DNA of 62,996 nucleotides, counting the filler. It is 8 parts of 8 records of this genome, joined end to end, with 100 filler letters (N's around TTAATTAATTAA, not from the genome) between each part and the next. Parts side by side here need not be neighbours in the genome. Positions count along the whole stretch, not along the records: positions 49,102 to 57,458 come from SRR31147125_3729; positions 57,559 to 62,996 come from SRR31147125_3777; 6 more parts are not named here. One strand, 5' to 3'. The notes beneath the pieces are model-generated. The model saw nothing but the letters and a program-made list of their open reading frames with translations. It ran no database searches and was not told where the DNA came from. The translations under genes and the position numbers were made by a program. This document shows positions 55,246 through 62,996 of the stretch, one piece after another (within the stretch, counting starts at the first letter, position 1; the number at the start of each line of letters is the position of its first letter).

Positions 55246-55749
55246 ATGTTGTTACGTAAAAGCCAAGCCAAAGATATAAAAAAAATTATGCAGATGATTA
55301 GTCAGGCGCAGAGATATATGAAAGAAAATAATATTGACCAATGGCAAAATGGTTACCCTGATGATAGTGTAATTGAAAATGATATAAAAAATGATTGGAG
55401 TTATGTGTTAGAATTAAACGGAGAAGTAGTTGCGTCAGCTGCTATCTCATTTGAAGAAGAACCGTCGTACAATGAAATCTTTGAGGGAAGCTGGTTAAGT
55501 AATCAACCTTATGCAGTTTTACATAGAATAGTTGTTGATACTGACCTAAAAGGCAAAGGTCTCTCATCTCAAATATTGAAAAATGTTGAAGAGCAGTGTT
55601 TAGATAGAGATATTCATAGTATAAAAATTGATACTCATGAGGACAATAAATCTATGCAAAGGCTGGTTGAGAAAAATGATTATACTTATTGTGGAAAGAT
55701 ATACTTGGAGGATGGAAGCCCTAGAATTGCATTTGAAAAATTAATATAA
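55246..55749 (+). CDS. GNAT family N-acetyltransferase
   Basis: QWQNGYP, LHRIVV....GKG, IDTH.DN.SMQ. Confidence 0.88.
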   Translation: MLLRKSQAKDIKKIMQMISQAQRYMKENNIDQWQNGYPDDSVIENDIKNDWSYVLELNGEVVASAAISFEEEPSYNEIFEGSWLSNQPYAVLHRIVVDTDLKGKGLSSQILKNVEEQCLDRDIHSIKIDTHEDNKSMQRLVEKNDYTYCGKIYLEDGSPRIAFEKLI

Positions 55750-55906
55750 AAAAGTGACACTAAAAATTAGAGTTTTTTTGAAAAATTATTATTAAAATTA
55801 ATTTTGGTATATAAAAATTAATAAGTTAAAATAAAATAATTGTAAATTATCTTGTGATTATAAATTATCTATCATTTTATTAAATTAAATTTAGGGTGAG
55901 TTTTTA

Positions 55907-56800
55907 ATGAAGAAAAAGCTAATTTTTATTATATTTCTATTTGTATTTGCTTTTATTCAAGCAAATACAAAAGTAAGAATACTTGAAAAAGAGAAAGATA
56001 ATGACGTCGTACACACTTATTTTTCTGACCTCTTAGACTTGATACTTAAAAAGACGGAGTCTGATTATGGGGAATATTCTATAGAGAATGTAAAAATAGA
56101 GGCAAGCAAATCCAGACAACTTTTGGAAATACAAAAAGGTAGGAAGTTGGATTTACTTTGGGCTATGACATCAGGTGAAAGAGAAAGAAACTTGAGAGCT
56201 ATAAGAATACCCCTTGTTAAAGGATTATGGGGTTATAGAATATTTATAATAAAAAAAGAATCCAAAAAGAAATTTGAAAAGGTTAAAAATATTACTCAAT
56301 TAAATGAATATATAGCTGCTCAAGGACATGACTGGTCTGATACGCAAATATTGCAAGCTAATGGAATAAAATTAATAACATCGTCAAAATACGCGAATTT
56401 ATTTAATATGCTAGAAGCGGATCGTTATGACTATTTTCCACGCGCACTTAGTGAACCTTGGTCGGAAGTAGAAAAGTTTGGTGAAGGAAAGCTTGTGGTG
56501 GAAGAAAATCTGATGTTGAGATATAGAGCTCCAATATACTATTTTGTTAATAAAGAAAATCCATTATTAGCAGAGAGATTGGAAGTTGGTTTTGAAAGAG
56601 CTATTGAAGACGGAAGTTTTGATGAATATTTTTATAATAATCCTCTTATAATGGAGGCTTTTAAAAAAGCTAAAGTTTCAAATAGAATAGTATTTGATTT
56701 AAGAAATCCCTTCTTAACAAAAGAATCTAAAAAAATTTCTAAAATTAGAAAGTATTGGTATGAAGTTGGAGATGAACAAAATTATATAAAAAATAACTAA
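55907..56800 (+). CDS. orphan substrate-binding domain protein
   Basis: signal peptide, TS.ERE..L.AIRIPL.KGL.GYR, QG.DW.D, RYDYFPR, DGSFD. Confidence 0.8.
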   Translation: MKKKLIFIIFLFVFAFIQANTKVRILEKEKDNDVVHTYFSDLLDLILKKTESDYGEYSIENVKIEASKSRQLLEIQKGRKLDLLWAMTSGERERNLRAIRIPLVKGLWGYRIFIIKKESKKKFEKVKNITQLNEYIAAQGHDWSDTQILQANGIKLITSSKYANLFNMLEADRYDYFPRALSEPWSEVEKFGEGKLVVEENLMLRYRAPIYYFVNKENPLLAERLEVGFERAIEDGSFDEYFYNNPLIMEAFKKAKVSNRIVFDLRNPFLTKESKKISKIRKYWYEVGDEQNYIKNN

Positions 56801-56801
56801 A

Positions 56802-56845
56802 GGCTGATTAAAAAGGAATTTGTTAAAGTCCTATTTTAATCAGCC
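56802..56845. repeat. palindromic element GGCTGATTAAAA...TTTTAATCAGCC, copy 2
   Basis: perfect 12-bp inverted repeat between convergent genes. Confidence 0.65.
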
Positions 56846-56860
56846 ATTTTTATATGAAAA

Positions 56861-57382
56861 TTATTTTTCAAAATCTTTAAAGAGTAAACTTTTTTGAATT
56901 CCATTATTCCCTTGATATTTACCACTAGAGTATTTCTCATAATCTCCCTCAATACTATGATAGTAGATTTGACATATCTCTACGTCAGGATAAATTCGGA
57001 TAGGTTGTACACAGAAAATCTCTAATGTCCAGAAACCATCAAAACCAACGTCACCAAATCCCGCTGTTACATGTATAAATAGACCAAGCCTCCCTATAGA
57101 TGACCGTCCCTCAAGCATGGGAACGTAGGTGTCAGTTTTTGTATGTTCCACAGTTCTTCCAAGATATAATTTACCTGGTTCTAATAATAACCCTTCTGGT
57201 GGAATTATCAAACTACTGGTATTGTTTTCTTTTTTCATATCCAATACATCTTCATCATACACCATTAATTCATTATGTAGTCTAAGATTATAACTGTTTG
57301 GATTAATTTGTGATTCAGAAAATGGTTCGATAAATAACTCTTTTCCCAACTTATTTTTGATCTCTTTTCCTGAAAGTATCAT
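56861..57382 (-). CDS. dcd: dCTP deaminase
   Basis: NPNSYNLRL, EGRSSIGRLGL, AGFGDVGF.G.WTLE, GKYQ. Confidence 0.92.
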   Translation of the reverse strand: MILSGKEIKNKLGKELFIEPFSESQINPNSYNLRLHNELMVYDEDVLDMKKENNTSSLIIPPEGLLLEPGKLYLGRTVEHTKTDTYVPMLEGRSSIGRLGLFIHVTAGFGDVGFDGFWTLEIFCVQPIRIYPDVEICQIYYHSIEGDYEKYSSGKYQGNNGIQKSLLFKDFEK

Positions 57383-57458
57383 AGAAATTCGACTCCTTTT
57401 AAATTTTTATCACCATAGTAAAGTTTAAATTTTGTAACTTTTATGTGAGTGAAAATAA

Positions 57459-57558
57459 NNNNNNNNNNNNNNNNNNNNNNNNNNNNNNNNNNNNNNNNNN
57501 NNTTAATTAATTAANNNNNNNNNNNNNNNNNNNNNNNNNNNNNNNNNNNNNNNNNNNN
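57459..57558. other. artificial contig spacer
   Basis: N44-TTAATTAATTAA-N44. Confidence 0.99.
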
Positions 57559-58151
57559 GTGTTAGCATTTGCCAGCTATCTCAACAAGCAGGTGAAGAGC
57601 TTTTAAAGCAAAGGGATATTGCTTTGATCAAGCCAGAAATAGGATGCTATAAAGCTAACGGTGTAGGTGTAGATTTAAACAGGCAATACCCTGCTCTTTG
57701 GTCATTAAAAGAGAATGAGATTGATTATCCTGCTTCTGAAGGATACAAAGGTAAGGCACCGGCAACGCAACCAGAAGTGAAATCGATTATGAAGTTATGT
57801 AATAGAAATAACTTCACATTTGCTATTACATTCCATACAAAAGGCGAAGTTATATTTTGGGCAGATTCAAACACTGGTACAGATATAAAGTATGCAAGAA
57901 AACTTACTGAGGCGATAGCAGATGTGTCAGATTATGAGATATTGCCTCCGTCTTCCGACCCCGAATACTATGCAGCAGGATTTGAAAATTGGTTTAGGCA
58001 AAAATTTTTAAAACCAGGAATATTAATTGAACTTACACCATCAGACGATACATGCTTGCCGCATGATGATAAATTTTTCTACGATTTAGTTTGGAAAAAT
58101 GCGTCTACTATTCCTGCTGAAATTATGCAGTTTGCATATGATAATATTTAA
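57559..58151 (+). CDS. M14 family zinc carboxypeptidase (gamma-D-glutamyl-meso-DAP peptidase-like), 5'-truncated
   Basis: frame open from contig edge; KAN..GVDLNRQYP, QPE, FHTKGEVIFW, IEL. Confidence 0.82.
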
Positions 58152-58717
58152 AAAAGCAAATCCGCTTTTTTCAACGCATTATATATCTTGTTTATAGGAA
58201 ACCCCATAACACAAAAATAACAACCGTCTATTTTTTTAATCAACTTACTTCCATAACCTTGAATACCATAAGAACCAGCCTTGTCCATAGGTTCTTTAGT
58301 TTTTATATAATCGAGTATCTCTTTATCACTCAAATTATCAAAAACTACTTTTGTTTTTTCATAATCAATAATTTCTTTATCTTTATGAAGAATACAAAAC
58401 CCAGTATATACGTGGTGCGTTTGTCCCGAAAGCATTTTTATCATGTTAAATGCATCATCGGTATCCTTTGGTTTACCTAAAACTTTTGACTCAAAAACAA
58501 CAACAGTATCAGACCCTATAACCACACTTTCATCTTTTATATGATTAAAAGAAGCTTTTGCTTTTTTATATGCTAATTTACAAACCAAATCAGTTGGAGA
58601 ATCGTACTCTATATCCTCATCAACATCCATAGTAATTACATCAAAATCATCCACGATATACTTTAAAAGCTTCTTCCTACGAGGCGAGGAAGAAGCTAGT
58701 ACAAATCTATTTTTCAA
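58148..58717 (-). CDS. maf: Maf family nucleoside triphosphate pyrophosphatase
   Basis: LASSSPRR, IGSDTVV, LGKP, EPMDKAGSYGIQ. Confidence 0.93.
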   Translation of the reverse strand: MKNRFVLASSSPRRKKLLKYIVDDFDVITMDVDEDIEYDSPTDLVCKLAYKKAKASFNHIKDESVVIGSDTVVVFESKVLGKPKDTDDAFNMIKMLSGQTHHVYTGFCILHKDKEIIDYEKTKVVFDNLSDKEILDYIKTKEPMDKAGSYGIQGYGSKLIKKIDGCYFCVMGFPINKIYNALKKADLLF

Positions 58718-59535
58718 ATTACAATACCTTTTTTCTTAATAAATTTTATTGCTTCTTTAGGACATTTTTTTGCACAAAGACCACAATATTTACATTTATC
58801 ATAATTGATAACAGGTAAGTTATCCACCATTTCGATAGCGTCAAATTTACAAACTTTAGCACAGATACCACATCCAATACAACCAGCTTGACAGATTTGA
58901 GAAACATCTTTGCCTTTTTGATGAATTCTACATGCAACATATACTCTTGATAATTCAGGATCCATCATTGCAATAGTATTTTTAGGGCATTCTTCTGCAC
59001 AAATTCCACATCCAACACACTTATCAGCATCAACAACAGCAACTCCGTCGTCTTTATCAACTGTAATCGCGCCAAATTTACAAACGTCTTGGCATGTCCC
59101 AAGACCTAAGCAACCAACACTACAAGCCTTTGCACCGCCAGATAGAGACATTGCTGCTCTGCAATCATCTAAGCCGCCATATACGTATTTGCTTACAATT
59201 TTATCTTTAACGCCAACGCACATTACTCTTGCAACAAGCTTTTTGCCGCCATCCATTTCTACGCCCAATATTTCAGCAATTTTATTTGCATTTGCACTAA
59301 CACAAACCGAACATTCTGAAACTTTTGCTTTACCTTCGTATAAGGCTTTTGCAAACGCATCACAACCAGGATACCCGCATCCACCACAGTTTGCACCAGG
59401 GAGCAAATCACTTATTTCACTTATTGTTTCATTCTTTTCGACTGCAAGCTTTTTAGAAGCTACACCAAGACCCAAGCCAAAGATTAGACCAAGACCACCC
59501 ACAATCGCTATAGATATTAAAATAATTTCTAACAT
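58714..59535 (-). CDS. rnfB: Rnf complex subunit B
   Basis: LPGANCGGCGYPGC; multiple CxxCxxCxxxC ferredoxin motifs. Confidence 0.93.
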   Translation of the reverse strand: MLEIILISIAIVGGLGLIFGLGLGVASKKLAVEKNETISEISDLLPGANCGGCGYPGCDAFAKALYEGKAKVSECSVCVSANANKIAEILGVEMDGGKKLVARVMCVGVKDKIVSKYVYGGLDDCRAAMSLSGGAKACSVGCLGLGTCQDVCKFGAITVDKDDGVAVVDADKCVGCGICAEECPKNTIAMMDPELSRVYVACRIHQKGKDVSQICQAGCIGCGICAKVCKFDAIEMVDNLPVINYDKCKYCGLCAKKCPKEAIKFIKKKGIVI

Positions 59536-59566
59536 AGTTTATCTATCTCCTAAACTTTAACTCTTT

Positions 59567-60151
59567 CTATACTAATCCTGCAAAGCCTAAAAACGCAATA
59601 GCCATAAGGCTTGCTGTAATTAGCGCAATCGGAAAATCTCTAAATGATTTTGGAATATCATTCAACTCTACTCTTTCTCTTATGCCTGCAAATAAAACGA
59701 TAGCAATTGTAAATCCAATCGCTGCCCCTATACCAGAAAACAGAGTTTCTAACAAATTGTAACCTTCTGTTACGTTTATAATAGCAACACCAAGTACTGC
59801 ACAGTTTGTAGTTATCAGTGGCAAATATACACCAAGCGCCTCATAAAGCGTTGGAGACATCTTTTGTATAATCATTTCTACTAGCTGAACTAGAGATGCA
59901 ATTACTAAAATAAATGCAATTGTCTGTAAAACCTCCATATTTAGAGGCACTAAAACCAAATAATGAACTAGGTATGTTATAACAGAGGCAAGTGCCATAA
60001 CAAACGTTACCGCCATACCCATTCCAAACGCCGTTTCTACCTTTTTAGAAACACCTAAGAAAGGACAAATTCCTAAAAATCTTGAAAGCACAAAGTTATT
60101 TACTAAAATTGTACTCAATAAAATCAACAATATCTTAACAAAGCTTTCCAT
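59567..60151 (-). CDS. rnfA: Rnf complex subunit A
   Basis: [30 protein letters not shown]. Confidence 0.95.
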   Translation of the reverse strand: MESFVKILLILLSTILVNNFVLSRFLGICPFLGVSKKVETAFGMGMAVTFVMALASVITYLVHYLVLVPLNMEVLQTIAFILVIASLVQLVEMIIQKMSPTLYEALGVYLPLITTNCAVLGVAIINVTEGYNLLETLFSGIGAAIGFTIAIVLFAGIRERVELNDIPKSFRDFPIALITASLMAIAFLGFAGLV

Positions 60152-60156
60152 AACTA

Positions 60157-60762
60157 CTATTTACCACCTTTCTCAGATAATTTGTTTACTAAAGCCATAA
60201 TAAGACCAAGGCTCAAAAATCCTCCCGGTGCTAAAATCATCAAAAGTACAGGTTTAAAGTTTGGTCCAAATAAGTCAACTCCAAAAATAGAACCATTCCC
60301 TAAAACCTCTCTAAATGAAGCAATAATTAAAAGAGCAATTGTAAAACCAATACCCATTGCAATCCCATCTAGCAAGGAGTAAAACACATTGTTTTTTGAA
60401 GCAAAACTTTCTGCTCGACCCAATATTATACAGTTAACTACAATCAAGGGTATAAACAAACCGAGTGATTCAAATAATGTTGGAATATACGCTTCTAAAA
60501 GCAGCTGCACAATGGTAACGAAAGTTGCAATTACAACAATAAATGCAGGAATTCTAACCTTATCTGGTATAAAATCTCTTAACATTGATATAACAACATT
60601 TGAACAAACAAGAACAAAAGTTGCAGCCAAACCCATACCCAATCCGTTTGACGCAGATGTTGTAACAGCCAAAGTTGGACACAAGCCTAACAACAATCTG
60701 AATATTGGGTTTTCATTTATAAGTCCATTTTTAAATATAGTTGCTACTCTATTTTCATTCAT
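60157..60762 (-). CDS. rnfE: Rnf complex subunit E
   Basis: ENP....[25 protein letters not shown]. Confidence 0.95.
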   Translation of the reverse strand: MNENRVATIFKNGLINENPIFRLLLGLCPTLAVTTSASNGLGMGLAATFVLVCSNVVISMLRDFIPDKVRIPAFIVVIATFVTIVQLLLEAYIPTLFESLGLFIPLIVVNCIILGRAESFASKNNVFYSLLDGIAMGIGFTIALLIIASFREVLGNGSIFGVDLFGPNFKPVLLMILAPGGFLSLGLIMALVNKLSEKGGK

Positions 60763-60777
60763 AAATTATAACCCTCC

Positions 60778-61338
60778 CTACTCATACACAGCTTCAAAAA
60801 AATCGTAAGCTATATTAACACCATTAGTAACCCCAACACTAGTCTTCGTAGCACTCGTAATAGAGTCAATTTCGTTTCCTACACTAACGTGTGGTTTTAC
60901 GCCATTAAACTGATCTTTAAAATAGGGCTCACTTGCATTAGCACCAAGACCAGGAGTTTCCTCATGAGAACCGATACTTATAGCTTCAACAACTCCATCA
61001 GAGCTGAATCCGACCGTCATTTCAATACCAGGGTTATAGCCTTTAGAAATAACTTTTATTGTCATTCCAATTTTTTCGCCGTTACTATCTATAGCATAAA
61101 ATGCTTCATCAATATCTACACCTGTTTCATTATCATGAGTTTGAGCTGAACATGTAGCTAAATCAATTTGTTCAAAATCCTTAGCATCTGATAATACTTC
61201 TTTTCGCGATGCAATAGCTCTTTGAAGGTTCCCATCATCTATTGGTTTTTTTGTTACTACATATGTAGCTCCAAGAAGCGCAGCTGCAATAGCACATATT
61301 AAAAATAATTTTATAGTTAAAATCAATATATCTTTCAT
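60778..61338 (-). CDS. rnfG: Rnf complex subunit G
   Basis: N-terminal TM, ETPGLG, flavinylation motif D.ITSATKTS. Confidence 0.92.
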   Translation of the reverse strand: MKDILILTIKLFLICAIAAALLGATYVVTKKPIDDGNLQRAIASRKEVLSDAKDFEQIDLATCSAQTHDNETGVDIDEAFYAIDSNGEKIGMTIKVISKGYNPGIEMTVGFSSDGVVEAISIGSHEETPGLGANASEPYFKDQFNGVKPHVSVGNEIDSITSATKTSVGVTNGVNIAYDFFEAVYE

Positions 61339-61339
61339 T

Positions 61340-62314
61340 TTATGCTTTTACCTCCCCAAACAGTTTTGGTTTAAAAGCTTTATCTAGTAAAGGAACTACA
61401 AGGTTCATAATTAAAATAGCGTACGAAACACCTTCTGCTGATGAGCCAAACAACCTAAATACTGCGGTTAACAAACCACATCCTATACCGAATATTATTT
61501 TACCTTTATTAGATACTGGGCTAGATGAATAATCAGTAGCCATAAAAATAGAACCAATCAATAGCCCGCCACCAAACAATTGATAAACCAAATATGATAA
61601 ATCACCAAAGTTCTTTGAACCAAATATAAAAACAAGAATTAGCGTTGTGCCTATATATGTTAAAGGTACATGCCAAGTAATTACTTTTCTTATCAGCAAG
61701 TAAATACCGCCAAGTATAAGTGCTATACCGCTGACTTCTCCGATACAACCAGCCATATTACCAATCATAACATCAAACATACTTCCGTATGTTTCTCCAG
61801 CCCTTAAAAGAGCGAGTGATGTTGCGCCAGAAATTGCATCAGGTGCATTAAAAGCTAAACTAAACGGAGATACTGGATCTGTGAATGCTAACATGCTTCC
61901 TGGCCATGATGCGACCAAAAAAGCCCTTGCGCCAAGTGCTGGGTTCATGAAGTTTTGACCTAATCCACCAAATAATTGTTTAACAATAACTATCGCAAAA
62001 AACGATCCAACTACAGGAATCCAAAGTGGTACGGATGAAGGAAGGTTTAGCGCCAATAAAAGTCCTGTAACTACCGCACTTAAATCATTAACTGTAACTT
62101 TCTTTTTTAATAGCTTTTGCATTAATAGTTCAAATATAACGCACGAAACTATACAAACCAAAACAATTAATAATGAATATAACCCTAAGAAATATATCCC
62201 CAAAATTGTTGTTGGGATTAATGCTATAATAACATCTAACATTATAGATGTAACTGTTTCATCACTTCTTACATGTGGAGAAGAAGTGACTTTTACCTTT
62301 TCAAAAAATTCCAT
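61340..62314 (-). CDS. rnfD: Rnf complex subunit D
   Basis: SSPH, KQLFGGLGQNFMNPAL, D.ISGAT, FMATDY. Confidence 0.94.
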   Translation of the reverse strand: MEFFEKVKVTSSPHVRSDETVTSIMLDVIIALIPTTILGIYFLGLYSLLIVLVCIVSCVIFELLMQKLLKKKVTVNDLSAVVTGLLLALNLPSSVPLWIPVVGSFFAIVIVKQLFGGLGQNFMNPALGARAFLVASWPGSMLAFTDPVSPFSLAFNAPDAISGATSLALLRAGETYGSMFDVMIGNMAGCIGEVSGIALILGGIYLLIRKVITWHVPLTYIGTTLILVFIFGSKNFGDLSYLVYQLFGGGLLIGSIFMATDYSSSPVSNKGKIIFGIGCGLLTAVFRLFGSSAEGVSYAILIMNLVVPLLDKAFKPKLFGEVKA

Positions 62315-62328
62315 AATATCATTCTCCT

Positions 62329-62996
62329 CTACTTAGTATTTTTCTTTCTAATCTGTTGTTTAGCAACTTTAAATGACTGCGTTAAGTATCTTTTTGAAGG
62401 ACATATGTAAGAACATGCGCCACACTCAATACAGTCCATTACATTTAATTCTTTAACTTTATCATAGTTTCCCTTTAGAGTATAAAGATTCATATATAAT
62501 GGTGAAAGACCTGCAGGACAAACATCAACACATTTTGAACATCTTATACAATTGCTTTGATCAGGCGCAGTTGCTAATTCTTTATCAAGAGAAAGAAGCG
62601 CAGAAACACCTTTTATAGTTGCAATATCTAAACTGAATTGAGCAAGACCCATCATAGGACCGCCAACAATTAGCTTTTCTATCTTGTTTGTAAACCCACC
62701 GCATTTTTCAATAATTTCGCCAAAACTGGTTCCAACTCTTACAAGTAAGTTTTTAGGGTTCTTAACGCACCCAGTTATTGTTATTGTTCGCTGAATAAGC
62801 GGTTTGCTTTTTCTTACAGCATTATTTATACCGATACAAGTTGTAGTATTTAGCACAACAGAACCAGCATCCATAGGCAAGCCGCCAGAAGGCACTTCTC
62901 TGCCAGCAACAGCTTTAATTAATTGTTTTTCGCCGCCCTGTGGGTACTTAACTTTTAAAACTTTAACCTCAACTGGTTCGTTTTTACATATTTTTT
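62329..62996 (-). CDS. rnfC: Rnf complex subunit C, 5'-truncated
   Basis: KYPQGGEKQLI, GGPMMG, CIRC..C..VCP, CIECGACSY.CP. Confidence 0.94.
   Translation of the reverse strand, partial: KICKNEPVEVKVLKVKYPQGGEKQLIKAVAGREVPSGGLPMDAGSVVLNTTTCIGINNAVRKSKPLIQRTITITGCVKNPKNLLVRVGTSFGEIIEKCGGFTNKIEKLIVGGPMMGLAQFSLDIATIKGVSALLSLDKELATAPDQSNCIRCSKCVDVCPAGLSPLYMNLYTLKGNYDKVKELNVMDCIECGACSYICPSKRYLTQSFKVAKQQIRKKNTK

Noticed and set aside
12074-57558. Seven identical TTAATTAATTAA motifs flanked by N runs, as a repeat family
   Set aside because: Standard all-frame-stop assembly spacer of exactly 100 bp; not biological.
2443-61149. Numerous short ORFs antisense to or nested within long genes
   Set aside because: Shadow ORFs overlapping well-supported genes, with no recognisable motifs.

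Overview
This window is not one locus. It contains eight contigs joined by seven identical 100-bp artificial spacers (N44-TTAATTAATTAA-N44), apparently from several organisms. (1) 1-12073, Acholeplasma/Bacilli-like: T-box end, GNAT, valS, folC, radC, a YcjF-like gene, a BMP nucleoside ABC transporter and a TrmB regulator. (2) 12174-22888, Bacteroidota: Na+-decarboxylase oadGAB, a redox module, Crp/Fnr, Uma2 and a PepC-like peptidase. (3) 22989-31154, Bacteroidota: patatin, cysS, rpoN, asnS and a TPR protein. (4) 31255-36262, Clostridia-like accessory region ending in tyrS. (5) 36363-43326, Bacteroidota arabinan-type PUL (GH51, SusC, SusD, GH43). (6) 43427-49001, Clostridia-like mutS-mutL-miaA-ynbB. 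(7) 49102-57458, low-GC bacterium with orphan solute-binding proteins, a large LRR lipoprotein and dcd. (8) 57559-62996, Clostridia-like rnfCDGEAB-maf. Many genes carry single-base frameshifts that look like sequencing errors. The best finding is upstream of tyrS, where there is no T-box. Instead there is a complete classical ribosome-mediated attenuator: a sigma70 promoter, an unannotated 26-aa leader peptide with four consecutive Tyr codons, and mutually exclusive 1:2, 2:3 and 3:4 hairpins. Taxonomic labels are inferred from gene content and promoter style, not from searches.
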